Source of the DNA: an uncultured Chthonomonadaceae bacterium
GTDB lineage: Bacteria > Armatimonadota > Chthonomonadetes > Chthonomonadales > Chthonomonadaceae
Length of the DNA stretch: 64,000 bases
Direction of reading: 5' to 3'
NCBI GenBank assembly: GCA_963835065.1
Contig: CAWIEK010000011.1
Span: 32,001-96,000 of the forward strand
The notes below the pieces were generated by a model. The model was not told where the DNA came from and ran no database searches. It was given only the letters and a program-made list of their open reading frames with translations. The position numbers were made by a program, and so were the translations under genes. Every line of letters begins with the position of its first letter. Within the stretch, counting starts at the first letter, position 1. Positions 10,363 through 19,999 of the stretch are shown in pieces.

Positions 10363-10749
10363 GTGAACTACACTCGTGAACATGCCTGCGCCATTTCGCA
10401 GCCGCGCCCCGCGCCCGTTCAATCGCTGCTGACCCTGCTTTCCTTCGTGCCCCGCGTCCTTGCCCTGCTGGTGCTGATTATTTACGCGCCCGTAATTGTC
10501 GCTGCCGGCCTTCTGGTATTGCTGACTTCCCCCGGCCCCGCCTTCGTCAAGAAAGCCTACCGCCGCAGCAACGCCGCGCAGGATGTGGTTTACTTGTATG
10601 AACTGCGCACGGAATGTTGGCGAACCTGGCAGCCCACAACAATAGGACGCTGGCTGCTCCAGATGGACATTCCCCGTCTGCCTCGCCTGGTCAACGTGCT
10701 GCAAGGCGAAATCAACGCCGGCGAGCGCGTCCACCGCCTGAACGCTTGA
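10363..10749 (+). CDS. Degenerate, short monotopic phosphoglycosyl transferase (Bac_transf) homolog
   Basis: SD GGAG before GTG; SPGPAF...YELRT...TTIGRWL...LPRLVNVLQGEI pattern, but the DE dyad is absent. Confidence 0.6.
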   Translation: MNYTREHACAISQPRPAPVQSLLTLLSFVPRVLALLVLIIYAPVIVAAGLLVLLTSPGPAFVKKAYRRSNAAQDVVYLYELRTECWRTWQPTTIGRWLLQMDIPRLPRLVNVLQGEINAGERVHRLNA

Positions 10750-10753
10750 GGAC

Positions 10754-10928
10754 TCACCACAGAGACACAGAGACACAGAGGTTTCACAGTGGGATTGGAG
10801 ACAAGGAGAGAAAGAACGATTGATTCTCTTCTTTTCTCCTTCAAGGAGAGAAAGAACGATTGATTCTCTTCTTTTCTCCTTCTCGTATTTCTCTGTGAAG
10901 CCTCTGTGTCTCTGTGTCTCTGTGGTGA
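10754..10928. repeat. Inverted 8-mer array element (CACAGAGA) enclosing a 40-bp tandem duplication
   Basis: 36-bp arms at 10754-10789 and 10893-10928 with 1 mismatch; 10802-10841 is repeated at 10842-10881. Confidence 0.9.
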
Positions 10929-10938
10929 AGTATTGCTC

Positions 10939-11844
10939 CTACCAGCCCCGCGTTGCCATCAGTTCGGTTTCGGGCAGGGTGCGGATGTCCAGACTTGGCA
11001 TGGCTTCGCCGATTCCCATCGAGACTTCCGCCAGGTAGCTGGCATCCTGATAGTGCGCGACGGCATCCACAATGGCGCGGGCGCGGGCGGCGGGATCGGA
11101 CGATTTGAAGATGCCGGAGCCGACGAAGACCGCTTCCGCGCCCAGGTGCATCATCAGGGCGGCGTCGGCGGGCGTAGCGATGCCGCCTGCGGAAAAGTTG
11201 GGAACGGGCAGGCGTCCGGTTTTATGCACTTCCTCTATGAGATGGTAGGGGGCGCGGAACTCTTTGGCGGCGACCATCAGTTCGTCTTCCTGCAAAATCT
11301 GAACGCGCCGAATATCGCGCATCAGGGTTCGCATGTGGCGGACGGCCTCGACGACGTTGCCCGTACCCGCTTCACCCTTGGTGCGAATCATGGCCGCGCC
11401 CTCCCCGATACGGCGCAGGGCTTCGCCTAAATCCCGGCAGCCGCACACGAACGGCACTTTGTAAGGATGCTTGTTGACGTGGTTTTCCTCGTCGGCGGGC
11501 GTCAGCACTTCGCTTTCGTCAATGAAGTCCACACCAATCGCTTCCAGAATCTGCGCTTCCACAAAATGCCCGATACGGCACTTCGCCATGACCGGAATCT
11601 CATGCCCCTTAATCGCTTCCATGATCTCGCGGATCATTTTGGGGTCGGACATGCGGGCCACGCCGCCGTGCTTGCGAATATCGGATGGGACGCGCTCCAG
11701 CGCCATAACCGCCGTCGCGCCCGCTTCCGCCGCGATAACCGCCTGCTCCGGGTTCGCCACGTCCATGATGACGCCGCCCTTGAGCATCTCGGCCAATCCT
11801 ACTTTTGTGCGCCATGTTGACTTCTGCGCATTACTGTCGCTCAT
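10939..11844 (-). CDS. pdxS: Pyridoxal 5'-phosphate synthase lyase subunit
   Basis: [45 protein letters not shown] and [14 protein letters not shown]. Confidence 0.97.
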   Translation of the reverse strand: MSDSNAQKSTWRTKVGLAEMLKGGVIMDVANPEQAVIAAEAGATAVMALERVPSDIRKHGGVARMSDPKMIREIMEAIKGHEIPVMAKCRIGHFVEAQILEAIGVDFIDESEVLTPADEENHVNKHPYKVPFVCGCRDLGEALRRIGEGAAMIRTKGEAGTGNVVEAVRHMRTLMRDIRRVQILQEDELMVAAKEFRAPYHLIEEVHKTGRLPVPNFSAGGIATPADAALMMHLGAEAVFVGSGIFKSSDPAARARAIVDAVAHYQDASYLAEVSMGIGEAMPSLDIRTLPETELMATRGW

Positions 11845-11889
11845 ACTTCTACTCTCCATTGCTATACCCCCGCTTCGGGGTTGTTGCTG

Positions 11890-12411
11890 CTACTTACCTA
11901 TGGGTACGCCATTGATTGTCATTGTTTGGCTGAGTGTTTTGGAGCGCTTCCTGAGCCAGCCGGTCCCGGTTTTGACCCACAAATCCTCGTCCGTTTCGTC
12001 AGCTAACAATTTTTGCGCAGTTTTCGCATCTCCCACAGTTGCGCCGGACACGTGCGTTTTAACCGTAACGATGGCTTGGTCACTCTTCTTCAGCGTGAGC
12101 GTCTGAACTTTCTGCGTGACCGTAAGGGTTTTCATGACCGCCATCATGGACTTTGCCGAGGCTTTGGACTGCTCCAAATTCTTTTTATCGCCCTTTTCGT
12201 TGATGGACACGTAATCCGACGTATAAGCGCGATATGTCGCGTTTACGTCATGTTTGCCAATTGCAGCGCTTTCGGCGTCATAAGCGGCTTGAATACTCTT
12301 ACGCGCATCGGAAGCCGCATCCGCAAACGCAACGCCAGCCGTCGCGCAAACCAGCGAACAGGTAAAAGCAAACGCGGTTCGCTTCCATGTCTGCGTGTAT
12401 TGAAAGGACAT
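11890..12411 (-). CDS. Secreted NTF2-like (DUF4440-type) protein
   Basis: Signal peptide AFA-D; IQAAYD...YTSDY and C-terminal EDLWVKTGTGWLRKRS. Confidence 0.65.
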   Translation of the reverse strand: MSFQYTQTWKRTAFAFTCSLVCATAGVAFADAASDARKSIQAAYDAESAAIGKHDVNATYRAYTSDYVSINEKGDKKNLEQSKASAKSMMAVMKTLTVTQKVQTLTLKKSDQAIVTVKTHVSGATVGDAKTAQKLLADETDEDLWVKTGTGWLRKRSKTLSQTMTINGVPIGK

Positions 12412-12457
12412 TGTTTGTCTCCAACTGTCGTGCCTGCCATTACAACACAGGCTTCTT

Positions 12458-13054
12458 TTACATTTCTCGCCGCCATTGCAGGGCGGAAATAAGGGTTGCC
12501 TGATCCGCGTAATCCAGGTCGCCGCCGGCGGGCAGGCCGTGCGCGATTTGCGACACTTTCACGCCCAACGGTTTCAAGCGGCTTGCCAGATACAGGGCGG
12601 TTGTCTGCCCCTCGGTTGTCGGGTTCAGGGCGAGAATCACTTCCTGAACGCCGTTCGCAACACGCGGAAACAACTCGCGGATTTTCAGCAGTTCGGGCGT
12701 GATGTTGTCCATCGGCGAAATCACGCCTTGCAGGACATGGTACAGCCCCTTGAATTCGTTGGTTTTTTCCATCGCGATCAGGTCGCGGGTTTCGGCCACG
12801 ACGCACATCAGCGTTCGGTCGCGCTTCGCGTCACGACACACTTCACACAAGTCCTGATCGGTGAAATTGGCGCACTCTTTGCACAATTTGATGTGCTGCT
12901 TGACCGACAGAATCGCTTCGGCCAGTTGCGCCGCTTCTTCCTGCGGCTGCCGCAGAATATAAAACGCCATGCGCTGCGCCGATTTCGGCCCAATGCCCGG
13001 CAGTCGCTCCAATTCCGCCACCAGTCGGGCGAGCGGTTTCGCATAGTGTAGCAT
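12458..13054 (-). CDS. recR: Recombination mediator RecR
   Basis: LPGIGPKSAQRMAF, C4 zinc finger and TOPRIM EVILALNPTTEGQTTALY. Confidence 0.97.
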   Translation of the reverse strand: MLHYAKPLARLVAELERLPGIGPKSAQRMAFYILRQPQEEAAQLAEAILSVKQHIKLCKECANFTDQDLCEVCRDAKRDRTLMCVVAETRDLIAMEKTNEFKGLYHVLQGVISPMDNITPELLKIRELFPRVANGVQEVILALNPTTEGQTTALYLASRLKPLGVKVSQIAHGLPAGGDLDYADQATLISALQWRREM

Positions 13055-13066
13055 GGTAGCATCCGG

Positions 13067-13183
13067 GCATTAGGCATCAGGCATCAGGCATTAGATATTA
13101 GTTCCATTCAAAGGACTAGAATGCTGAAAACATCAGGGGAAATGGAAGTGATATTCTAATGCCTGATGCCTGATGCCTAATGC
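13067..13183. repeat. Inverted heptamer-array element (GGCATTA/GGCATCA)
   Basis: Perfect 29-bp arms at 13067-13095 and 13155-13183, between ybaB and recR. Confidence 0.92.
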
Positions 13184-13554
13184 TATCCAAGTAGTCCCGG
13201 CGGCAGGTTGAGGTCGCCCAGCCCGCCGGTGATTTCTTTCATGCGGGCTTCCTGACCGGCCTGCGCCTGGGCCGTCGCTTCTTTGGCGGCGGTGATAATC
13301 AGGTCTTCGAGAATTTCCACGTCATCGGGGTCTACGACGGCGCGGTTGATTTTTACTTCCACGAGATGACCGTGCCCGTTCACGGTGACAGTCACCATGC
13401 CGCCGCCTGCCTGCGCAGGAACGCGCATGGTTTCCAGATCGTTTTGCAGTTTCTCGGCGTCTTCCTGCATCTTCTGCGCCTGCTTCATCAGTTTCTGCAT
13501 ATCGCCAAAGCCGGGCATTCCGCCCCCGCCGCCACCCCCGCCAAATCGTGCCAT
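13183..13554 (-). CDS. ybaB: YbaB/EbfC nucleoid-associated protein
   Basis: MQKLMKQAQKMQ...AGGGMVTVTVNG...VDPDDVEILEDLI; located between dnaX and recR. Confidence 0.95.
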   Translation of the reverse strand: MARFGGGGGGGGMPGFGDMQKLMKQAQKMQEDAEKLQNDLETMRVPAQAGGGMVTVTVNGHGHLVEVKINRAVVDPDDVEILEDLIITAAKEATAQAQAGQEARMKEITGGLGDLNLPPGLLG

Positions 13555-13626
13555 GTTCTTTATCTCCTTGTGTCAACGCAAAACCGGAAAAGTAGAGAAA
13601 AGGTTAAGAGTACGCCTTCTATTGTA

Positions 13627-15987
13627 TCAGACAATTCGGTTATTTTCCGTACTTACAACCTGTCCGCCAAAAATGTCCAATACTTCCCGCAGCATACCCA
13701 CGCTTGGGTCTGTTTCCGGCGCAGGTTCGGGCGTGGCAACTCGCGCGGTAACATTGGCTGCGCCATTGCTTGTAGCGGTGGAGCCATTGCCGGCAGGAGC
13801 AGGGCTGGAAACAGCAGCAGCGTTACTGGCGTTGTCCGCAACAGAATTGTTCGCGCCGTTGGAACCGTTCGCATAATCAAGACTATGCGCGGCAGAAGAA
13901 CCGTTGGAACTGCCATTGGAAGATGCCGGGGGCGCGTAGGCCGTTGGCGGCGGGGCGGCGGACGGCACTTCGTAATCCATCACGCGGGTCGGGCCGGAGG
14001 GCGCGGACGGCGTTGGCGGCGAGTCCAGCAGCGTTCCCATTTCTATCGGCGCGGCCTTGCCTGTGGCCGTAATCTGCGTGTCGCTGCCGGGAGAACTCAG
14101 CGTGTTTTGCGGGGTTCCCAGGTTGGCCGGCGCTTCCAGCACACACTGAATACGGTAGCCCGTTGTTTGCAGGGCTTCGTTTAATTTCCGGTCCAGCAGT
14201 TCCCGGCCTTTGGGCTTGTTGATGCGATCCCGCGCAAAAACATCCTTGAAGGTCAGCAGAACATGGTTGCCGTCCAGTCCCGTTACCGTCGCCTGCTTCA
14301 GCCAGGGGATACCGGCAGGCCCTTCTTTTTCCACCAGTTTAAGGACGCGCGGCCAGGCGCGCTGAATCACTTCCAGCGTGACGCCTTCCGCAAACTGATG
14401 CCGGTTCCTATCGGAAGAGGGGGCAGCGGGCGCGGCATGACCATTGCTTGCCGGGTTGGAAGCGTTGAATGTCGCCTTCATTTCCACGCCGGGAACGGAT
14501 TCTTCCACAAGGGGAGCCGCCGTTATCGTAAGTGGGGGCGGCGCAAGAACTTCGTCTGGTTCGGCTTCCAGAGCGTCTGCTTCTTCTTCATCGGCTTCAT
14601 TATCTTCATTATCAAGTTCTGTGTCGGCAGCGGGGGAAGCGGCGGGAGAAGCATAGACGGATGCGGACGCAAGGGCTTGCGCGGTTTCCTGCGTGGGCGG
14701 GCGCGGCACATTGGTCGGGCTTGCGGCGACATTGGCGCGGCTCGGCAGTTCCGCGTCGTCTGTATGGAAGGGCTGTGACGATTTGCCATTTGCCACAGCA
14801 GTCTGCGCTTGCGGGCGCGGAGTGGGAGAAACGGCTTTTTCCTGCGGGCGGGCGGCGGGACGCGGTTGCGGTTCCGCAACAAGCGTACCCTGTCCGATGA
14901 GCATCAGGCGCACCAGTGTCCGTTCCAGAATCCAGCGGTGCTGATTACTTGTACGACATTCGCGCTCTGCCGCCGACAATTCGCCCATCATTTCCAGCAG
15001 GGACGCGGGCGCAAACAGGTTTGCCTGCGACTTGAGCAGATTTAATTTGTCCGCGCCCAATTCCTGCGCCGCCGCTTGTTTCGCGCCCGTTGCCAGTAGC
15101 ATCAAATCGCGCAAATGCCCGGTCAGCGCGGTCAGCAATTGGCGCACATCGGTTCCGCTGTCTACGAGGTCACTGGCGATGCCAAGCGTCTCATCCCACG
15201 CCCCTGCTGACAGCGTTTCCGTCACGCGGGCCAGCATTTCGGTTCCCACCGTGCCCAATGCGCGATGGACGATTTCCGCCGTGATATGCCCGTCGGAATA
15301 CGCAAGCACCTGTTCCAGAATGGAAAGGGCGTCGCGCCACGAGCCTTCCGCGCTGCGGGCAACCGCCTGCACCGCTTCCGCTTCAGCGGTAAACCCTTCC
15401 GCCAGAATCACGCGCTCGATGGACGCGCTCAAATCGTGGAGACTGCCCCGCTTGAACTGATACCCCTGACAGCGCGAGCGTATGGTAATCGGAACTTTGT
15501 GGTATTCAGTTGTGGCGAGGATAAAGACAACGTGGGGCGGCGGCTCTTCCAGCGTTTTCAGCAGGGCGTCGAACGCTTTGGCCGACAGGTCATGCACTTC
15601 GTCAATGATGTAAACTTTGTAACGCGCCTCGCTGTTGGCGTACTGCACGTTTTCAATGATCTTTTCGCGCACATTGTCTACGCCGGTTTCGCTGGCCGCG
15701 TCAATCTCAACCACGTCCATGCACGTTCCCTCGCGGATGGATACGCACAGTCGGCAGACTCCGCACGGTTCGGGACTCGGCCCGTCCTGCGCCACGCAGT
15801 TGAGGGCGCGGGACAGCAGGCGGGCGGTAGACGTTTTGCCGCAGCCCCGCGCCCCGTGAAACAGGTAGGCGTGGGCAATGCGTCCGGTCCGAATCGCGTT
15901 TTGCAGCGTGGTCGTCACGGCTTCCTGTCCCATCAACTCGTCGAAGTTCTGGGAGCGGTATTTGCGGTAAAGGGCGATGTAGGACAT
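13627..15987 (-). CDS. dnaX: DNA polymerase III subunit gamma/tau
   Basis: YIALYRKYRSQNF, GARGCGKT, zinc cysteines, KVYIIDEVH and TIRSRCQ; long P/A/S/E-rich linkers in the C-terminal half. Confidence 0.97.
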   Translation of the reverse strand: MSYIALYRKYRSQNFDELMGQEAVTTTLQNAIRTGRIAHAYLFHGARGCGKTSTARLLSRALNCVAQDGPSPEPCGVCRLCVSIREGTCMDVVEIDAASETGVDNVREKIIENVQYANSEARYKVYIIDEVHDLSAKAFDALLKTLEEPPPHVVFILATTEYHKVPITIRSRCQGYQFKRGSLHDLSASIERVILAEGFTAEAEAVQAVARSAEGSWRDALSILEQVLAYSDGHITAEIVHRALGTVGTEMLARVTETLSAGAWDETLGIASDLVDSGTDVRQLLTALTGHLRDLMLLATGAKQAAAQELGADKLNLLKSQANLFAPASLLEMMGELSAAERECRTSNQHRWILERTLVRLMLIGQGTLVAEPQPRPAARPQEKAVSPTPRPQAQTAVANGKSSQPFHTDDAELPSRANVAASPTNVPRPPTQETAQALASASVYASPAASPAADTELDNEDNEADEEEADALEAEPDEVLAPPPLTITAAPLVEESVPGVEMKATFNASNPASNGHAAPAAPSSDRNRHQFAEGVTLEVIQRAWPRVLKLVEKEGPAGIPWLKQATVTGLDGNHVLLTFKDVFARDRINKPKGRELLDRKLNEALQTTGYRIQCVLEAPANLGTPQNTLSSPGSDTQITATGKAAPIEMGTLLDSPPTPSAPSGPTRVMDYEVPSAAPPPTAYAPPASSNGSSNGSSAAHSLDYANGSNGANNSVADNASNAAAVSSPAPAGNGSTATSNGAANVTARVATPEPAPETDPSVGMLREVLDIFGGQVVSTENNRIV

Positions 15988-15993
15988 AAAAAA

Positions 15994-16111
15994 GTAGACG
16001 GTAGACGGTAGACGGTAGACGGTAGAATAAAACGCGCTGGCGTGTGCGCTGGCCGTTCGCTATGTTGCGCGGCGTCCTTCTACTGTCTACCGTCTACCGT
16101 CTACCGTCTAC
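15994..16111. repeat. Inverted heptamer-array element (GTAGACG)
   Basis: Arms at 15994-16026 and 16078-16111, between the SRP RNA and the dnaX start codon. Confidence 0.92.
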
Positions 16112-16119
16112 CTGATTTC

Positions 16120-16250
16120 GCGTTCGAGGCTCAGAGCCGGGGTGAGGAACGTACTCGGGAGGAACAGGCTTAAAGCTGCTATGTTCCCATCCTGACTTGG
16201 TTCGCCCACCCGCCGATACGCCCGCCCCGGCTCTCAACCCCGAACGCTTC
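16120..16250 (-). ncRNA. ffs: Signal recognition particle RNA (small bacterial type)
   Basis: Minus strand reads GAACCAAGTCAGG-ATG-GGAA-CAT-AGCAGC (domain IV with GGAA tetraloop) inside a long closing stem (GCGTTCGGGG...CTCGAACGC). Extended -10 TGGTATAAT is upstream, and the position before dnaX is canonical. Confidence 0.9.
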
Positions 16251-16342
16251 TACACACCATTATACCAAATAGGCAGCAGGAAAGCAACGGCAATTTTCAC
16301 GGCGGGCACTTTCGCGCCATTGTTCCCGGCGTCTGCGCATGT

Positions 16343-16735
16343 TTACGCTTCGGGCAGTACCGCAACGGGATAGGCGCGAACGGCGGCATTTACGGTTACG
16401 AGTGTCAGGCCGTAGGTTAGCGCTTGACAGATCAGCGCCCGGTCAAACGGATCACGATGGAGAGCGGGGAGATTGCCCAGGACGACAAGGTCGCTTTCTT
16501 CCAGCGGCAAAGCGGCAATCAAATGGCGGCGGCGCTGTTCCGGCAGATAAGTTTCTGGTGGAGCAGGCAGAGGCAGCTTACCGAGATGGTATTTGATACA
16601 GGCTTCCCAAATGGAAACCACGCTCAGATATACCGTGTTAGCAGGGTCGCGCAGCACGGCTTGCCAGGCAGACGACAATTGCGTATCGCCACTGATGTAC
16701 CAGAGAAAAATATGCGTATCCAGCAGCAGTGTCAT
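16343..16735 (-). CDS. vapC: VapC-family PIN toxin
   Basis: LLLDTHIFLW...SVVSIWE...KYHLGKL...HRDPFDRALICQA. Confidence 0.93.
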   Translation of the reverse strand: MTLLLDTHIFLWYISGDTQLSSAWQAVLRDPANTVYLSVVSIWEACIKYHLGKLPLPAPPETYLPEQRRRHLIAALPLEESDLVVLGNLPALHRDPFDRALICQALTYGLTLVTVNAAVRAYPVAVLPEA

Positions 16736-16971
16736 TGTCCTTCAAACTCCGCCAGAACCTCCTCCGGGAGCGGAGCGTCGAAGCCGGCAGGCACGGCAAA
16801 CTCGTCGGCGCACAGTCCGAAGGGGCGTAGCTGTTGCGCAGGAGGCATGACCGGTTTAAGTTCGGCAATGGGCAGGTTTGCCTGCGTAATAAGCAATGTT
16901 TCGCCTGCGCGGACGCGCTGGAGATAGCCGGGCAAATCACGCTGCATATCATCGAGAGTAATGGTCGTCAT
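16732..16971 (-). CDS. Phd/YefM-type antitoxin
   Basis: MTTITLDD...LQRVRAGETLLIT...PIAEL...RPFGL...FDAPLPEEVLAEFEG; ATGA overlap with the toxin. Confidence 0.9.
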   Translation of the reverse strand: MTTITLDDMQRDLPGYLQRVRAGETLLITQANLPIAELKPVMPPAQQLRPFGLCADEFAVPAGFDAPLPEEVLAEFEGQ

Positions 16972-16979
16972 ACAGACAA

Positions 16980-17018
16980 TATACCAAAATTGCCGTAGGA
17001 AAGCAACGGCAATTTTGG
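16980..17018 (-). promoter_or_regulatory. TA promoter/operator
   Basis: Perfect 13-bp inverted repeat CCAAAATTGCCGT-N9-ACGGCAATTTTGG overlapping a TGGTATATT extended -10. Confidence 0.75.
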
Positions 17019-17311
17019 GATTGCGCCGGGTTGAAACCCTATGCTGGAAAATATGACTGTCCTGTGGACACGACTCTTGAACAACAGGTATGTCCGCAGG
17101 ATATTCGTTTTGTTCAGCGCAGGCCAAGATTCAATCGCTTTTCCAGCGCTTTTCAATGCTCGGCTGCTAAGGCGCTTAATTAACGCTATGCCATTTTGGG
17201 TCAGGGTTAGCAGGGTATTGGACAAGGCATGGAGAACATAAAGGTTGTTCTTCCTTTTCGTTTGGTTCGTGTCTTTCGCGGTTTATCTGTCTTGTTTAGA
17301 TGGGATGGGGT

Positions 17312-17800
17312 ATGTTTACGTCGAATACGGTTGTGGTTCGGGGCGAGGCGGCAAAGATGCTGCCGCGTATTTACGAGTTGGCGGCGGACATTCAGGACTG
17401 GCCGACTTTGCTGCCGCATTATCGGTACATGCGGATTGTGGAGCAGTCGGAGCGGCATAAAATCGCGGATTTTGGAGCGACGCGCGTGTTCCGGCTAGGG
17501 CCGTTTGCGCTTGGCTTTCCCTGTAAGTGGCGGGGGCGGCAAGAATTATTCCCGGAGGATAAGCGTATCACGTATAAGCATGTGCGGGGGATTACGCGGG
17601 GCATGTGGGTGGAATGGCGGCTGGAAGATTGCGGCGATCACGTCAAAGTCACGATAGACCACGAATTGACGTATCCCATACCCGTTCTTGGCAACTGGTT
17701 CGCGCATTATATTGTGGGCAACTTGTTCGTTCATCCGGTGGCGGGAACGACGCTGAATTGTATCAAAACAAAGGTTGAGGAAGAAAGTGAGCGCGCATGA
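17312..17800 (+). CDS. SRPBCC/polyketide cyclase-dehydrase family protein
   Basis: IYELAADIQDWPTLLPHY...ITYKHVRGITRGMWVEW; ATGA overlap with the ketosynthase gene. Confidence 0.8.
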   Translation: MFTSNTVVVRGEAAKMLPRIYELAADIQDWPTLLPHYRYMRIVEQSERHKIADFGATRVFRLGPFALGFPCKWRGRQELFPEDKRITYKHVRGITRGMWVEWRLEDCGDHVKVTIDHELTYPIPVLGNWFAHYIVGNLFVHPVAGTTLNCIKTKVEEESERA

Positions 17801-19065
17801 CAGCAGCACAAGAAGCGGAACAAACGGCGGGCCGCCGCGTGGTGGTAACGGGAATCGGAGCCATCAGCAGCATAGGGATTGGCGCGGAAGGGCTGTGGAG
17901 CGGCGTGAAGTGCGCCCGGTCGGGGATAGGCTCGATTACCCACTTTGACGCGAGCCGCCTTCCCTGCCGGATTGCCGCCGAAGCGCGCGATTTCGACCCG
18001 ACGCCGTATTTTGACGCCAAAGCGCAGAGGCGCCTGGGGCGCCCGACTCAGTTTGCCATTGCCTGCAGCAAGCAGGCGTTGGCGGACGCGCAATTGGATA
18101 TGGCGCAGGAAGACGGGGAACGAGTTGGCGTGTGCGTGGGCAGCGCGTTGGGCGGCGCGGCGTTTGCGGAAGAGCAGCATACGGTGTACCTGCAGGAAGG
18201 TATTCGGGGCGTCAATCCGCATGTCGCTTTGCAGGTATTTGTCGGCGCGAGCAGCTGCTGCGTGGCGATTGCCACAGGCGCGACGGGGTACAGCACGTCC
18301 AATGCCGACAGCTGCGCGTCCGGGCCGATTGCGCTCGGCAACGCCTGGAACGCCATTCGGCGGGGCGAAGCGGACGTGATGCTGGCGGGCGGGACGGATG
18401 CGCCGCTTGCGCCGCTGTGCTTCGGCGCGTTTGCGCTGATACGCGCGATGTCCACGCGCAATGACGATCCGGGCAGCGCGTGTCGTCCGTTCGATAAGGG
18501 GCGCGACGGGTTTGTCATGGGTGAGGGCGCGGCGATTCTGGTGTTGGAGGAGCGCGAACACGCCCTGAAGCGCGGCGCGCGCATTTACGCGGAACTGGCG
18601 GGTTTCGCCTGCACCAACGATGCGTTTCACATGACCGCGCCCCGTCCCGACGGCACAAGCGCGTCCCGGTGTCTCAGCCTCGCCATGCAGGCAGGGGGCA
18701 TTGCCCCCGCAGACGTGGATTACGTCAACGCGCACGGCTCGTCCACCCCGCTCAACGATTCAACGGAAACACTGGCCTTGAAGCAGGCATTGGGAGAAGA
18801 CATTGCCCGCAAAGTGCCCATCAGCGCGACCAAATCCATGCACGGCCACGCGCTCGGCGCGTCCGGCGCGATTGAAGCCGCCATCTGCTGCCTTGCGATG
18901 GAACACAGCTGGATACCGCCGACCATCAACTACGAGAATCCCGACCCGGAATGTGATCTGGACTACGTGCCCAATGTCGGGCGCGAGAAAGTACTCAATA
19001 CCGTCCTGTCCAACTCGTTCGGCTTCGGCGGCATCAACGCCGCGCTCGTGTTCACGCGCCGTTAG
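17797..19065 (+). CDS. Beta-ketoacyl-ACP synthase (FabF/type II KS family)
   Basis: RRVVVTGIG, active-site DSCASG, RPFDKGRDGFVMGEGA, NAHGSST, KSMHGHALGA and SNSFGFGGINA. Confidence 0.92.
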   Translation: MTAAQEAEQTAGRRVVVTGIGAISSIGIGAEGLWSGVKCARSGIGSITHFDASRLPCRIAAEARDFDPTPYFDAKAQRRLGRPTQFAIACSKQALADAQLDMAQEDGERVGVCVGSALGGAAFAEEQHTVYLQEGIRGVNPHVALQVFVGASSCCVAIATGATGYSTSNADSCASGPIALGNAWNAIRRGEADVMLAGGTDAPLAPLCFGAFALIRAMSTRNDDPGSACRPFDKGRDGFVMGEGAAILVLEEREHALKRGARIYAELAGFACTNDAFHMTAPRPDGTSASRCLSLAMQAGGIAPADVDYVNAHGSSTPLNDSTETLALKQALGEDIARKVPISATKSMHGHALGASGAIEAAICCLAMEHSWIPPTINYENPDPECDLDYVPNVGREKVLNTVLSNSFGFGGINAALVFTRR

Positions 19066-19074
19066 TCTTGAACT

Positions 19075-19953
19075 ATGAGGACTCCTATCATGCCCCGCCG
19101 TATTCTTGTGCGCTCCACATTTGTTGTTTGCTGCCTGCTTGTCGCGGCGTTTGGCGGATGGACAGCGCTTACGGTACGGCAGCAGCAACGCCAATACCGA
19201 CTGAACCGCGCTCTGGTTCGCGCTATTTTGGATTATGATACCGACACGGCGCTGTCAGCCTTGCGCGACGGAGCCGACCCGAACACCCGCGAACAGCCCG
19301 ATCCCATCCTTCCCCTGTGGCAGCAGTGGCGCAATCTGCTGTTGCGGCGCAAGCCACCCCTGAACAAAAGCGACCCGGCTCTTGTCCTGATTATGGATAG
19401 CACCGTAGAGCGCCCCAGGCAATCCCTCGACGATAACGGCATTCCCCGCGAAAACGCTCGTTTGGTGACTGCGCTTTTGGACAAAGGGGCGCAAGTCAAT
19501 GCGACAAGCGACATTCATGATACAGCGCTAATACAAGCAGTCGGTTGGGACTATCGAGATACGGTTCACATCCTGCTGGCGCATAACGCGGACGTCAACA
19601 TTGCGGATGTCGGCGGCATGACGCCTCTCATGGAGGCCGTCGGCAGGGGGAATGAAGACTACACCCGCTTATTGTTAGAAAGGGGAGCCAACCCGAACGC
19701 GCAAAACTGTATCGGGTACACGGCGTTGATGGAATCGCAATGCCTTGATTTGCCGCCGCAGGTGTTACAAAGCATGCCTGGGGAGCAACTACAACAATAC
19801 CATCTTCTGCCAACGGCATTGCAGCTTCTGTTGCAGCATCACCCCGACCTTACTCTGAAAAACAGCAGCGGCCAAACCGCGCTTGTCCTCGCCCGCAAAC
19901 ATCACGAGACACAAAAAGCGCGTTTGCTGATGCTGGCAGGCGCGAAAGAGTAG
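19075..19953 (+). CDS. Membrane-anchored ankyrin-repeat protein
   Basis: N-terminal transmembrane segment; repeats TALIQAV...LLAHNADVN and TPLMEAV...LLERGANPN. Confidence 0.9.
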   Translation: MRTPIMPRRILVRSTFVVCCLLVAAFGGWTALTVRQQQRQYRLNRALVRAILDYDTDTALSALRDGADPNTREQPDPILPLWQQWRNLLLRRKPPLNKSDPALVLIMDSTVERPRQSLDDNGIPRENARLVTALLDKGAQVNATSDIHDTALIQAVGWDYRDTVHILLAHNADVNIADVGGMTPLMEAVGRGNEDYTRLLLERGANPNAQNCIGYTALMESQCLDLPPQVLQSMPGEQLQQYHLLPTALQLLLQHHPDLTLKNSSGQTALVLARKHHETQKARLLMLAGAKE

Positions 19954-19999
19954 AAAATAAGTTCTGGTTACATACGTGGCGTTTACAGGAGAATACGCT

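Noticed and set aside
13627..14900. Intein or inserted domain in the long dnaX
   Set aside because: The extra length is low-complexity P/A/S/E/N linker; I saw no intein terminal motifs or homing-nuclease signature.
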